Program-made: the position numbers and the translations under genes
Notes under the pieces: generated by a model
Databases searched by the model: none
Told to the model about the DNA's origin: nothing
What the model saw: the letters and a program-made list of their open reading frames with translations, nothing else
In this document: positions 48,049 to 58,398 of the stretch, one piece after another
Position numbering within the stretch: the stretch's first letter is position 1
Layout: every line of letters begins with the position of its first letter
Origin: an uncultured Myxococcales bacterium
GTDB lineage: Bacteria; Myxococcota_A; Polyangia; Palsa-1104; JAEUJZ01
Assembly (NCBI GenBank): GCA_964460115.1
Contig: CAYWPR010000010.1
Span: 55,275-119,274, forward strand
Direction: 5' to 3'
Length of the DNA stretch: 64,000 bases

Positions 48049-48259
48049 GAAATCATCCTATTGCTCGAGAAGATCCCAAGTGTAGCAGATGGCAAAGCCA
48101 TCGCGCCTTATTGCTTGACGCATGCGCGGCTGCGCCAAAACTGCGCGAACGCAAAATCGGCGTAGCTTACGCGTACACGGTTGCGCAGACTTCGCGCAAT
48201 CTCGGCAAAAAATGTCGAGATTGCAGGACAAGTCTAAGGCGCAGTTGAGGATCTGAAAT

Positions 48260-48275
48260 TGGCACTCCAATTGCG
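48260..48275 (+). promoter_or_regulatory. Sigma-54 (-24/-12) promoter TGGCAC-TCCAA-TTGCG, about 70 nt upstream of CDS 48345.
   Basis: GG and GC are at the canonical 10-nt spacing (TGGCACnnnnnTTGC), matching the RpoN consensus TGGCACG-N4-TTGCA in 10 of 12 conserved positions. Confidence 0.6.
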
Positions 48276-48344
48276 AAGTCCCAGGTCGTCGAAAGAAATC
48301 GACAGCATGCCTGACATGCATTTGATAAATGGGAGGGACTCCGC

Positions 48345-48947
48345 ATGAATACCTTGCGTAGAATTCAGCTTGGTTCGGTACTCTTTTTCTCTCTTTCGGC
48401 AGCGGAAAATGCGCATGCCGGAGATTGCCGCGATGCCGCAAGTTACGGCAACAAACTTGTCGAAGCAGCAAGCAAGATTTGTGAAAAAGTGAACGGAAAA
48501 TTTCAGAAGTGCGATTCGACAAAGCTCGGAGGCGCGGTCAGCGAAATTCAGTCCTGGATCAAGTGGTGGAATCAAATGTTTGGCAATACTTGGGCGACCA
48601 TTGGACCGCGTCAGATCGCCTATCAAGCGCTCGATCGAGGAACCCTGGTCAGTCCAGGTGATCGAGTCTGGATTTCTGTGGCTCCATCGTTTCAAGAAGC
48701 AAACGTGCGCATTCGCCTGATTGATGGCAAAGCCAAGCTTACCGTAAGTTACTGTGCGCTAAAGGCCGACGGTACAATGGATTTTCTCGGTTCGGACACC
48801 GCAGGCAGCGGCCAATCGCCTCCGCAAAAGGCGCTGACCCGCGAACAGGTCGTTGGCAAATTCATCGTCGTCAAAATGGATGGACAAGGCGGCCTAGGCT
48901 TGCGCTACCAGTACGACATCTATCTAGACGGCCAACCCATCCACTAG
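48345..48947 (+). CDS. Secreted hypothetical protein.
   Basis: Signal peptide MNTLRRIQLGSVLFFSLSAAENAHA. 200 aa with several Cys. No family is recognised. Confidence 0.55.
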   Translation: MNTLRRIQLGSVLFFSLSAAENAHAGDCRDAASYGNKLVEAASKICEKVNGKFQKCDSTKLGGAVSEIQSWIKWWNQMFGNTWATIGPRQIAYQALDRGTLVSPGDRVWISVAPSFQEANVRIRLIDGKAKLTVSYCALKADGTMDFLGSDTAGSGQSPPQKALTREQVVGKFIVVKMDGQGGLGLRYQYDIYLDGQPIH

Positions 48948-49055
48948 CCACAAAAAGCCTATGCAAGTGGCTGTAAGATAAATCCTTACGGAATGCGCTT
49001 GTCAAAGCACTAGCCGGAAGCGGCAACTTCAAAGATAATCTAGTTTTGGTGTGGG

Positions 49056-49640
49056 TTGCCGATGAGCTCTCGTATCAAAGGTGCATCGATCATCAATACC
49101 ATCGCAATCATGCGAGAGGTACTAGGTGTCAACCGTTTTCAGGCGATCGTCAATAGCCTTCCTGCCGAAACGCAGCAACTCATTCGACGGACTCTTGTCG
49201 CCGTAGAATGGGTTCCCTTGGAAGTTTGGTCACCCTTTATACAAGCGGTCTTTGAGATTGCTTGCCATCGCGACGAACAACAATTTCGTCGGGTGCTCCG
49301 CGCCGTCTGCAAACGGGATTTTAGTACGGTCTACCGCGTTCACTTAAATTTGGCATCACCGCACGCCGTCCTCAATCAATCGCCAAGCATTTGGTCGGCT
49401 TATTTTGACACCGGAAGCCTGACTTTGGAGTCGACTGAAGCGCAGGGAGATCAAGAAAAAGTAAAGCTGCAAATGCGCGATCTAGAGACCGGTTTTCCGC
49501 TTCACGCGCTGATGATGCAGGCGTATCTGGAACAGCTCATGATTATGTCTGGGGCGCAACGCTGTACCGTTCAGCGCGAAAAAGAGAACTTTCGCAGCGG
49601 CCGGCTTTCTTGTGATTACGTAGTCAATTTCGCTCGTTAA
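49056..49640 (+). CDS. Hypothetical protein (possibly of a myxobacterial paralogous family).
   Basis: 194 aa, coding-like. No motif is recognised with confidence. Confidence 0.45.
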   Translation: MPMSSRIKGASIINTIAIMREVLGVNRFQAIVNSLPAETQQLIRRTLVAVEWVPLEVWSPFIQAVFEIACHRDEQQFRRVLRAVCKRDFSTVYRVHLNLASPHAVLNQSPSIWSAYFDTGSLTLESTEAQGDQEKVKLQMRDLETGFPLHALMMQAYLEQLMIMSGAQRCTVQREKENFRSGRLSCDYVVNFAR

Positions 49641-50152
49641 ATCGGAAATTTTGCGTCCAGACTGGCCCGATACATGTGGCGCTCTTGCGCATTCATTTCT
49701 ATCCATTTCTTGGGACGCAGAAGGAGCGCCCGCAAGTACTCCGCGTCCGCTTCAATTTGGGCGCGGCTATGACCATGATAGCGCCCAGAAGCATGCTCTA
49801 GGACTTGCGGATTATAGCTATGAAAATCGCGCAAATGGCCAAGGATCAAGTGATGATCCTCGGCATGTTCGCCCTGCTGCGACTCACACAAGCTGACCAA
49901 GTTGCGCGGATCCAATTCCAAATCCGGACGCCCCGCCAGGATGCAATAGTGAAATGGCTCGCGATGGTGCACCTGCACCAGCCGCTTGGCAGACTTTGCG
50001 GGTCCGCAAGCGATGCAGTAGGGGTTTTTCTGCAAAAAAAGCTGCTTGGTTCTTTCCCAGCGGGAAGAGCGTGCCAAGCTGTGGTGACCGGCCGCCTGGG
50101 CGCCACGATCATGCGTCATAGACACCTTCGGTTTCATCTTACCACGATCCAA
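49637..50152 (-). CDS. HNH-nuclease-domain protein.
   Basis: YCIACG...VHHREP...NLVSLCESQQGEHAEDHH matches the HNH motif (Cys pair, His-Asn-His). Confidence 0.55.
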   Translation of the reverse strand: MDRGKMKPKVSMTHDRGAQAAGHHSLARSSRWERTKQLFLQKNPYCIACGPAKSAKRLVQVHHREPFHYCILAGRPDLELDPRNLVSLCESQQGEHAEDHHLILGHLRDFHSYNPQVLEHASGRYHGHSRAQIEADAEYLRALLLRPKKWIEMNAQERHMYRASLDAKFPI

Positions 50153-50373
50153 CCTTCGCCCCAGCTTGCCGCCTTCAGCACAAAGCCCAGGCCGCTTGTG
50201 TCACCGCAGCGTCCATTGCGCGCAATTGGAAATAAACCAGCGAATTATCAGTAATAAAAACCACAAAACATTTCAAACATATCTATCGATATTGCAAATT
50301 GGCCCGCTGCGAACGCCAAGACCGCGAGAGGACAGGGTTTTGTGGTATAAGGTCCGCGCGAACTGGTTGGAAA

Positions 50374-51825
50374 ATGCTTCCTGCGTCAATTGGACCCTAT
50401 CAAATCGTACGCAAGCTTGGTGCCGGCGGAATGGGCACCGTGTACGAAGCCGTGCATAGGGACATTGAGCGCCGCGTAGCCATCAAAGTTTTGCGTCCCG
50501 AGTACGCCCAAAACCCTGAAATTCTGGCCCGTTTTCTCAATGAAGCGCGGATCGTCAATCGCATCGATCACCCTGGTCTTTGTCAAGTCTCCGACGTCGG
50601 CCACATGGACAATGGCGATGCCTACATCGTCATGGAGTATCTGCGCGGCGAAACCCTGACGCGGCGTCTTGAACGCAATGCCGGACGGATGCCCTTTGCC
50701 AGTGCCATGACGCTTTTGCTACAGCTTGGCAAAGCGCTGGCAGCGGCGCATGAAAAAGGAATTGTGCATCGAGATTTGAAGCCGGACAACGTGATGATCA
50801 TTTCGGATCCGGCGGGTTTAGGAGCCGAGCGCGCTAAGCTCCTCGACTTTGGCATCGCCAAACTGGCAGAGACGCAATCCGAAGGTGAGTTTTATACCCG
50901 CTCGGGCCTGATCATGGGAACGCCGCGCTACATGTCCCCCGAGCAGTGTCGCGGCGCCGCGTTTGCCGACGATCGCAGCGATGTTTACGCATTGGGAATT
51001 ATTCTGTTTCAGCTCGTCGTCGGACGTACGCCTTTTGTCGCCGAATCGGCCGGCGAGCTTATGGCCATGCACATGCGCGATGAGCCGCCAGCGATTGCCG
51101 AGCTTGTGCCTTGGATTCCCATTGCTCTGGCCCAGCTTGTCTCGCAAATGCTGCGCAAGGATCCGACGGCCAGGCCGGACATGACAAGCGTCGCCAAACA
51201 GCTTGAGCAGCTCTCTCGGCACTACCGCGAGCTGCCAAACGCAGAGACGCAGACCCTGCACAAAGCGCCAGGGGCGGCCACGGAGCTGGCCCTAGCAGAG
51301 CCGTCCTCGGCATCCAGCGCCTCCACCTTGGGGCTTTCGGTGGGCCAGACCCGGCCGACGCGCCGCAAGCAGCGTTGGCGCGGCATTTTTAGCGCCGCCG
51401 TCGTTGGACTTGCGATCCTAAGCATTGCGCTAATTATCCACCGCTTTCAAATCCCCGCCCCCGTCGCGCCGTCGGTGATTGCGCCGCCTTTGGCAGCTTC
51501 CACCACCGCGACTGCAGCGCCAAGTGCCAAGGCGCCTCAAAGTTATACGCTAAGCAGCCAGCCGAGCGGCGCGCAAGTTTTCGCCATCGATGGTTCGCAA
51601 AAGCGCCTACTTGGCGAGACTCCTTTTGCGTTTGCTCGGCCGCAGAGCAAAGAACCGCTGACCTTACGCATTCGCAAAGCCGGTTTTTTCGACGAGACGC
51701 GCATTCTGCAATTCGATTCCAGTTTGACCCAGCATGTCATTTTGCGACAGCGGCCAACGCCGAAAACTTCCATTTCCAAGCGAGCAACTTCTCATGAAAA
51801 AATTCGCATCACAGATCTGGACTAG
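50374..51825 (+). CDS. Ser/Thr protein kinase with a TM helix and a C-terminal PEGA domain.
   Basis: Hanks motifs (GAGGMGTVYEA, AIKVL, HRDLKPDNVMI, DFGIAK, SPE). A TM helix (IFSAAVVGLAILSIALIIH). PEGA (YTLSSQPSGAQVFAIDGSQKRLLGETPFAF...LTLRIRKAGF). Confidence 0.9.
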   Translation: MLPASIGPYQIVRKLGAGGMGTVYEAVHRDIERRVAIKVLRPEYAQNPEILARFLNEARIVNRIDHPGLCQVSDVGHMDNGDAYIVMEYLRGETLTRRLERNAGRMPFASAMTLLLQLGKALAAAHEKGIVHRDLKPDNVMIISDPAGLGAERAKLLDFGIAKLAETQSEGEFYTRSGLIMGTPRYMSPEQCRGAAFADDRSDVYALGIILFQLVVGRTPFVAESAGELMAMHMRDEPPAIAELVPWIPIALAQLVSQMLRKDPTARPDMTSVAKQLEQLSRHYRELPNAETQTLHKAPGAATELALAEPSSASSASTLGLSVGQTRPTRRKQRWRGIFSAAVVGLAILSIALIIHRFQIPAPVAPSVIAPPLAASTTATAAPSAKAPQSYTLSSQPSGAQVFAIDGSQKRLLGETPFAFARPQSKEPLTLRIRKAGFFDETRILQFDSSLTQHVILRQRPTPKTSISKRATSHEKIRITDLD

Positions 51826-52498
51826 ACCGAATTTCAAGCTTGGCATTTGCCGGCTTAGCTTCGTTGCCGCGGTTTGTCTGCTTATTTTGCCAAGCCGCTC
51901 GCAGGCGATTCAAACTCCTAGCTCCTCCTCCGTCGATTGTGAAAAAGACAGCCACTGTCGCGATCTTTTTGCCAAGGGACGAAAACTGCAAGCGGCCGGA
52001 GATTACGCCGGGGCCATCGCCAGTTTCGATGCCGCTTACGACAGCCATCCGGATCCGCGGCTGCTTGTCTTTAGCGCACGTTCGCGGCACAAAGCCGGCC
52101 GAGTTAGCGAGGCCTTAGAACTTTATCTGCGCGTACAGCCCAGCCTGCAAAATGCTGCGGAGCGCGCCAAGGTAGACAGCTTTATCGCCGAGGCCCACAG
52201 CGATTTGGCCCGCCAAAGCCCCGATTCCCCGCAGTCCGTATCGATTCCGCCATTGTCTGGCCCCCCGTCTGGCCCGCCGCCGCCCGGACTTTTGAGCCTG
52301 CCACCGCAAAGAGATACATCGGCGATGCGCTGGACGACGACGACCACCACCACGACCACTGGTTTTGGCAACGGCCGTCCGCTTTATAAACAGTGGTGGT
52401 TGTGGGTGGTCGTCGGCGGAGTGGCCACTGCGGGCATCGCCGCCATCATCGTCGCCGCCGCCACGGGTCAAGTGCAAACAACGGTAACCCGTCAATAA
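51794..52498 (+). CDS. Secreted TPR-like / Pro-Thr-rich protein with a C-terminal TM anchor.
   Basis: Signal peptide MKKFASQIWTRPNFKLGICRLSFVAAVCLLILPSRSQA, a poly-Thr tract (TTTTTTTTT) and a C-terminal helix WWLWVVVGGVATAGIAAIIVAAA. Confidence 0.5.
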   Translation: MKKFASQIWTRPNFKLGICRLSFVAAVCLLILPSRSQAIQTPSSSSVDCEKDSHCRDLFAKGRKLQAAGDYAGAIASFDAAYDSHPDPRLLVFSARSRHKAGRVSEALELYLRVQPSLQNAAERAKVDSFIAEAHSDLARQSPDSPQSVSIPPLSGPPSGPPPPGLLSLPPQRDTSAMRWTTTTTTTTTGFGNGRPLYKQWWLWVVVGGVATAGIAAIIVAAATGQVQTTVTRQ

Positions 52499-52507
52499 AC
52501 CGAAGCG

Positions 52508-53944
52508 TTAACGCCAGCCGCCGCCAAGCGCCTGATAAAGTCCGATGGCGGCATTCATTTGTCGTTTTTTGTTTTCGATGAGCTCCATTTGCGCTTCTAG
52601 CGCGTCGCGCCGAGTCATCAAAACTTCCATATAATCGGCGCGCGCCGAGGCGAAAAGCCGAGAAGAAATATCTATCGACTGCGTGAGCTTTTCGACCTGC
52701 TGGGTTTGCAGGTTGTAGCTATTTTCGAGGTTATTGATCATCGCCAATAGCTTGCTGACCTCGACGTAGCCATTCAAAATGGCGCGCTCAAAATGAAACA
52801 CGGCCTGCATCTGTTTCGAATTGGCCGTGAAATAAGATGCCGTGATTGCCTTGCGGTTGAAAAGGGGGGCCATCAGGTCGGCGCCAATGCCGTATACTAA
52901 GGACGCCGGCAAAGAGACCAATTTCAAAAAGTCGAATGATTCAAGTCCGATCTTGGCGCGAATTCCCAAAGACGGATAAAAGCCCGCCTTTGCCGAACGG
53001 AAGTCGAAGTCAGTTGCTAAAAGCTCAAGCTGCGCCTGTTTCACATCGGGACGGTTTTCAAGAAGCTGGGACGGAATGCCGGCGTGCACTATAGGCGGCA
53101 AAAGGTCGGCAAAGCGTTGCGCGCTGCGCTCTACACGTTGCGGAAATCGGCCGAGCAAAAAGTTGATGCGATTTTCGGTCTCGACGATTTGCTGCGCAAT
53201 GGTGTACTGACGGCTTTGATTCTTGAGCACTTCCGCCTCAAAGCGCTTGACCGCGAGCTCGGTCACCTTGGCGGCTTCTTTTTGCAGCTTGACGACAAAA
53301 AGCGCGCTTTTTTGTATCTCGATGTTCTGTTTTACGACTTCTAGCTGCGCATCGAGCGCCACCAGTTCATAATAGGAATTGGCGATTTCGCCGACGAGCC
53401 TGGTGACGGCGAAATTTCGCCCTTCCTGACTCGCCAGATAACGCAGGGTGGCCGCCTTTGTCGCATTGCGCAATTTCGAAAAGACGTCGACTTCCCAAGA
53501 TGCCGAAAAGCCGACCGCGAAATTCGGAAGATTCTGCGGAACTCCCGTGGCATCATCGCTGGCCCCCTGGCTGGTGTACTGCCCGACTTTGTCGATGCCA
53601 GCGCCCAGCCCAAACCCGACTTTCGGCAAGTATTCGCCTTTGCGGGCCATGATTTCGTTTTGAACGATGGCCATCTCAAGCGAGACGATGTTGAGCTCTT
53701 GATTGTTCTTCAGGGCGGTATCGATAAGAGCATTGAGATTGGGGTCGATAAAGAATTCGCGCCACTTCATTTGCGCAGAATTTGTCGCGTCCGCCCGCCC
53801 GGCGTAGTTTGACGGAACATTGGTATTTGCAGCCCTGGCCCTGCCCCCTGGCAGCGCAGGGAGACATGCCGCAGTCAGAAGCAGCCCCAAAATGCCCATG
53901 CTGGCTGCAAGCTTTGTCCTATCTCGAGTCCTATCCCTATCCAT
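52508..53944 (-). CDS. RND efflux system outer membrane factor (NodT/OprM family lipoprotein).
   Basis: Lipobox LLTAAC and two OEP repeats (for example NPLNALIDTALKNNQELNIV). It is the last gene of the MFP-RND-OMF operon and overlaps the RND stop. Confidence 0.85.
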   Translation of the reverse strand: MDRDRTRDRTKLAASMGILGLLLTAACLPALPGGRARAANTNVPSNYAGRADATNSAQMKWREFFIDPNLNALIDTALKNNQELNIVSLEMAIVQNEIMARKGEYLPKVGFGLGAGIDKVGQYTSQGASDDATGVPQNLPNFAVGFSASWEVDVFSKLRNATKAATLRYLASQEGRNFAVTRLVGEIANSYYELVALDAQLEVVKQNIEIQKSALFVVKLQKEAAKVTELAVKRFEAEVLKNQSRQYTIAQQIVETENRINFLLGRFPQRVERSAQRFADLLPPIVHAGIPSQLLENRPDVKQAQLELLATDFDFRSAKAGFYPSLGIRAKIGLESFDFLKLVSLPASLVYGIGADLMAPLFNRKAITASYFTANSKQMQAVFHFERAILNGYVEVSKLLAMINNLENSYNLQTQQVEKLTQSIDISSRLFASARADYMEVLMTRRDALEAQMELIENKKRQMNAAIGLYQALGGGWR

Positions 53945-56900
53945 GATGGGCCACCTCTTCGGTAAGCGGAAGCTCATCTTCGTCTCTGATGAGGGCTCTG
54001 CCTTCGGCAATCTTGCCAAACACGTAGTAAAGACCCGGCACGACAATGACTCCGAAGATCGTGCCAAAGAGCATACCGCCAAGCGCCGAGGCCCCGATTG
54101 TGCGATTTCCGATGGCTCCCGGCCCGGTGGCGACTACCAAGGGAATCAGCCCGGCGACAAAGGCAAATGAGGTCATCAGAATCGGCCGAAAGCGCACTTT
54201 GGCGCCTTCGATTGCCGCCTGAGCGACAGACAAGCCTTCGGCGTGCTTTTGCACGGCAAACTCGACGATAAGCACGGCATTTTTGCCCAGCAGACCAACG
54301 AGCATGACCAAGCTCACCTGTGCATAGATGTCATTGGCCAGTCCTAAGAGTTTCAGCATTTCAAACGCACCGAAAACACCCGCGGGCAAAGACAAAAGCA
54401 CGGACAAGGGAATGATAAAGCTTTCGTACTGCGCCGCCAGCACCATGTAGACAAATAGGAGCACGACCATAAAGATGTACAGTGCCTCATTTCCGCGTCT
54501 GGCTTCGTCGAAGGACAATCCCTCCCAGGCGATGTCATAGCCGCGCGGCAAAGTCTTGGCCGCCACTTCGCGAACCACGCGAATTGCGTCGCTGCTGGTG
54601 TATCCCTCGGCCGGACCGCCACGAATGGCCGAGGAATTGTAAAGGTTATAGCGCGTGATCTCGTTTGGTCCCTGCGTCTTTTTAAGCTTCATGAAGGCCG
54701 AATAGGGCACCATTTCATCGCGATCGTTTTTTACGTAAAGCTGCAGGATATCGGAAGGCAGCCGCCTATATTCAGGAGCGGCCTGGGTGTACACCTTAAA
54801 GAACTGCCCAAAGCGGATAAAGCCCTGCTCGTAAGTACTGCCAATGAGAATGTCGAGGTTGTCGAGGGCCTTGCCTATCGAAACGCCCTTTTGCATGGCC
54901 AGCTCGTTGTCAATCACCAGCTCGTACTGCGGATAGTTCGCGGCAAAGAACGTAAACAGTCCGGTCAGTTCTTTGCGCTTGCGCAGCTCGTCCATAAAGT
55001 TCTGATTCACTTTGTCGAATGCTTGATAATCGGTAGAGTTGGTCTTATCGAGGAGACGCAACGCAAAACCACCCGCAGCGCCGTATCCCGGAACCGCAGG
55101 CGGCTCAAAGAATTCGACCACGGCGCCGATGTCTTTGGTTTTCTGCTCAAGCTCTTCGATAAGCTCACTCACCGATTTCTTTCTTTCGGACCAGCCCTTC
55201 AAATTGATAAGACAGGTTCCGGCGTTCGAACCGCGGCCTTCGGTCAGCATCTCATAGCCAGCCAGAGACGATACGGACTGCACTCCTTCGACATCCTTGA
55301 CCAGTTCCTGGACTCGGCGGGCGACATCATTTGTCTGCTCAAGCGTCGATCCCGGAGGCGTCTGAATGATCGCGTAGATCATTCCTTGATCCTCATTGGG
55401 TACGAAGCCCGAAGGCAGACGAGCGCTGACGAAAAAGATGCCCGCCGCAAAGGCAAAAAGCATCAAGAATGTGATAAGGCGCCGGGTGACAATCAGCCGC
55501 AAAAGCCCTTCATATTTTCCGGCGATACGCTCAAAGACGCGATTGAACAAATCGATGAAAACGCCAATTGGCGTGCGCCGCTTAGGCTGGCCGTGATGGC
55601 TCTTTAGAATCATCGCGCACAGCACCGGCGTCAGCGTCAGCGCCACAACGCCCGAGATGATAATCGACGTTGCCATCGTCACGGCAAATTGCCGATAAAA
55701 GATTCCGACCGGCCCAGTCATAAAGGCCACCGGAACAAAGACCGCGGTCATCATCAGCGTAATGGCGATGATGGCGCCGCTGATCTCGCCAAGCACCTGA
55801 GTCACTGCGCGGTACGGAGATACGTGCTTTTCGGCCATTTTGGCGTGCACGGCCTCGACAACGACGATGGCGTTGTCCACGACGATGCCGATGGCCAGCA
55901 CCAGCGCAAAAAGCGTGATCAGGTTGATGGTCATTCCGAACATCTGTAAGACGATGAAAGTACCGACCAAAGACACGGGAACAGCAAGCGTAGGAATCAG
56001 CGTAGAGCGCCAATCTCCAAGAAAGATGAAGACGACAAGGGCCACAAGCACAAAGGCCTCAATCAGTGTGTGCACAACTTTCTCGATCGAGGCGTCCAAA
56101 AAGTTCGAGACGTCGTAGCTGATTTCATAATTCATGCCCGGAGGAAACGAAGCTTTTAGCGCCTCCATCTTTTCTTTGACGTCGGCGATGACGTCATTGG
56201 CGTTGCTGCCGAAGTTCTGTTTCAGCATGATGGCCGCTGACGGATGGCCATTTAGATTTGTGTAGATGTCGAAGAACTCACTGCCAAGTTCGACTTCCGC
56301 AACGTCCTTTAAGCGCAGAATCTCGCCTTGCGATTTGGCGCGAATGACGATGTCGCCATACTGCTCGGGTTTGTTGAATTGCCCGACATAGATCAGCACG
56401 TATTCGAGCGCCTGCGAATGCTTGCCCGAGCTTTGACCGGTACGGCCGGGACGCCCGATGACGCTTTGCTCAGCGACGGCTTTCATCACCTCTTCGGTCG
56501 AGATGTTGTAGGCACGCATGCGGTCCGGTTTCAGCCAAATGCGCATGGCGTATTGGCGGCTGCCGAGGATTTGCGCGCGTCCGACGCCGCCGATGCGCTT
56601 GATCTCGGGCAAAAGGTTCACGTTCGCGAAGTTGTAAATGAATTTTTCGTCGGTGGTGGGGTCCGTGCTGTACAAGTTGACAAACATCAGCATGCTGGAC
56701 TGCACGGGCGAGACGACCACACCCTCGCGCTGGACCAGCGGTGGCAAAAGGTTCATCACTTGATCGACGGCATTTTTGACGTTGACCACGGCGCGATTCG
56801 GATCGGAACCGAGGTTGAAGATGACCTGTATCGTCGCTTCTCCGGCGCTTGTTGCATCGGAAACGATATAGGACATGCCCTGCACGCCGTTTATGGCTTT

Positions 56901-57098
56901 TTCCAAAGGAATCAGCGTCGATTTGATCAAAACGTCGGCGCTGGCTCCCGGATACGCAATCATCACCATGACCCGCGGCGGTGAAATCTCGGGAAACTGC
57001 GAGACGGGCAAAGTGCGCATCGCCAAAAGTCCCAGAAACAAAAGAACCAGCGACGTGACGATGGCCAGAACCGGCCTATGAATGAATCGTGCGAACAT
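53937..57098 (-). CDS. RND multidrug efflux permease (AcrB/HAE1 family).
   Basis: 1053 aa and 12 TM helices with two large periplasmic loops. The N-terminus MFARFIHRPVLAIVTSLVLLFLGLLAM is typical of AcrB. Confidence 0.95.
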   Translation of the reverse strand: MFARFIHRPVLAIVTSLVLLFLGLLAMRTLPVSQFPEISPPRVMVMIAYPGASADVLIKSTLIPLEKAINGVQGMSYIVSDATSAGEATIQVIFNLGSDPNRAVVNVKNAVDQVMNLLPPLVQREGVVVSPVQSSMLMFVNLYSTDPTTDEKFIYNFANVNLLPEIKRIGGVGRAQILGSRQYAMRIWLKPDRMRAYNISTEEVMKAVAEQSVIGRPGRTGQSSGKHSQALEYVLIYVGQFNKPEQYGDIVIRAKSQGEILRLKDVAEVELGSEFFDIYTNLNGHPSAAIMLKQNFGSNANDVIADVKEKMEALKASFPPGMNYEISYDVSNFLDASIEKVVHTLIEAFVLVALVVFIFLGDWRSTLIPTLAVPVSLVGTFIVLQMFGMTINLITLFALVLAIGIVVDNAIVVVEAVHAKMAEKHVSPYRAVTQVLGEISGAIIAITLMMTAVFVPVAFMTGPVGIFYRQFAVTMATSIIISGVVALTLTPVLCAMILKSHHGQPKRRTPIGVFIDLFNRVFERIAGKYEGLLRLIVTRRLITFLMLFAFAAGIFFVSARLPSGFVPNEDQGMIYAIIQTPPGSTLEQTNDVARRVQELVKDVEGVQSVSSLAGYEMLTEGRGSNAGTCLINLKGWSERKKSVSELIEELEQKTKDIGAVVEFFEPPAVPGYGAAGGFALRLLDKTNSTDYQAFDKVNQNFMDELRKRKELTGLFTFFAANYPQYELVIDNELAMQKGVSIGKALDNLDILIGSTYEQGFIRFGQFFKVYTQAAPEYRRLPSDILQLYVKNDRDEMVPYSAFMKLKKTQGPNEITRYNLYNSSAIRGGPAEGYTSSDAIRVVREVAAKTLPRGYDIAWEGLSFDEARRGNEALYIFMVVLLFVYMVLAAQYESFIIPLSVLLSLPAGVFGAFEMLKLLGLANDIYAQVSLVMLVGLLGKNAVLIVEFAVQKHAEGLSVAQAAIEGAKVRFRPILMTSFAFVAGLIPLVVATGPGAIGNRTIGASALGGMLFGTIFGVIVVPGLYYVFGKIAEGRALIRDEDELPLTEEVAHHG

Positions 57099-57137
57099 AG
57101 TCTCGCCTTTTTCGCGGATGTGGCAGATGAAATCGAA

Positions 57138-58238
57138 TCAGCCCGCCGGCACTTCCAAGTGTGAAATGACATCCTTAGGCTCCAAGAATTTCGTCGAGAT
57201 CTTGTCGCCGTCCTTCACCTTGCGAAGTCCTTCCAGAAGCACCTTGTCACTTTCGGACAGGCCCTTTTCCACGACATAAACCTGCGGCAGTTCATTGGCC
57301 GTCGAGATCTGCCGTGCGTGCACCACGCCTTCTTTGTCGACAGCAAACACGTATTTTTTGTCCAGGATGTCAAAGGTCGCCTTTTGCGGAACTAGCAAGG
57401 CGTTCTTCAGCGGTGTGGTCATCAGAACTTTGCCGGTTTCTCCGTGACGCAAAAGCCCATCGGGATTTGCAAACGTCGCGCGAAAGGCAATGGTGCCAGT
57501 TTCGTTGTTGAAATCCGCCTCGATGGTTTCCACTTTGCCGATGCTCGCAAAAAGCTTTCCATTGGCCATCAAAAGCTTCACAAGCGCCGCATCCCCCCCT
57601 TTGGCTCGAGACTTGTAATCAAGGTATTCCGCCTCGTTCACGTTGAAGTACACCCACATCTTGCTGTTGTCCGATAGCGTGGTCAAAAGCTCGCCATCTT
57701 CGACCAGACTGCCCCGCCGCACATGCAGACGGTCCATGATTCCGTCAAAAGGAGCTCTGATATCGGTAAAGCCAAGGTGTACTTTCGCCAGCTCTAGCTC
57801 GGCATTGGCTTTGTCGAGCTTGGCCTTGCTTAGGGCCAGCTCACTTGCAGAAACGACGTGGCCCGCGGTTAGTTTTTTGGTGTTTTGGTATTCAATCTGC
57901 GCGACCGCAGCCTCGGCCTGCGCTTTGTGCAGCTCGGCCATATACAGCTTCGGCAGAATCTGAAACATCTGCTGGCCTTTTTTGACGGCTTGCCCCTCAT
58001 CGACATAAATATTTTCCAGGTAGCCGTTTTCCAGCGCGCGCAGCTCGATGTGCTGAATCGCGCGAATTTGCGCCACGTATTCCATTGTCACTTCCGTGTC
58101 CATGCGGATCGGACTTGTCGCTTGAAATACGGCACCTTCTTCGTGCGTCTGCGCTTTGGCACCGCAACCCGCGTAAGTCTGCGCGCAAAGCAAAGCGCCG
58201 AGCATGCATACAAAGGAATTGCGCCAATTCCGGTACAT
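57138..58238 (-). CDS. RND efflux periplasmic adaptor (membrane fusion protein).
   Basis: Lipoprotein signal (FVCMLGALLCAQTYAGC), alpha-hairpin coiled coil, lipoyl and beta-barrel domains. An alternative longer start is at 58349. Confidence 0.85.
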   Translation of the reverse strand: MYRNWRNSFVCMLGALLCAQTYAGCGAKAQTHEEGAVFQATSPIRMDTEVTMEYVAQIRAIQHIELRALENGYLENIYVDEGQAVKKGQQMFQILPKLYMAELHKAQAEAAVAQIEYQNTKKLTAGHVVSASELALSKAKLDKANAELELAKVHLGFTDIRAPFDGIMDRLHVRRGSLVEDGELLTTLSDNSKMWVYFNVNEAEYLDYKSRAKGGDAALVKLLMANGKLFASIGKVETIEADFNNETGTIAFRATFANPDGLLRHGETGKVLMTTPLKNALLVPQKATFDILDKKYVFAVDKEGVVHARQISTANELPQVYVVEKGLSESDKVLLEGLRKVKDGDKISTKFLEPKDVISHLEVPAG

Positions 58239-58398
58239 AATTCGTTGCGAGGTCCCTTCTTGAAGACCAAGGTACGGACAACAAAGGAAGACTTTGAAGA
58301 GAGCCGAAAAGTAGGGCTTCATGAGGGCGACCTGAATGAGCTTGTTCATCGGACAAAGGCCCGGCGACGAACTTGCTCGCGCCGATGACAATGTGCAT

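Noticed and set aside
54891-55607. 238-aa plus-strand ORF (and 56328-56984) inside the RND permease gene.
   Set aside because: Antisense shadow ORFs within a confidently identified AcrB-family gene.
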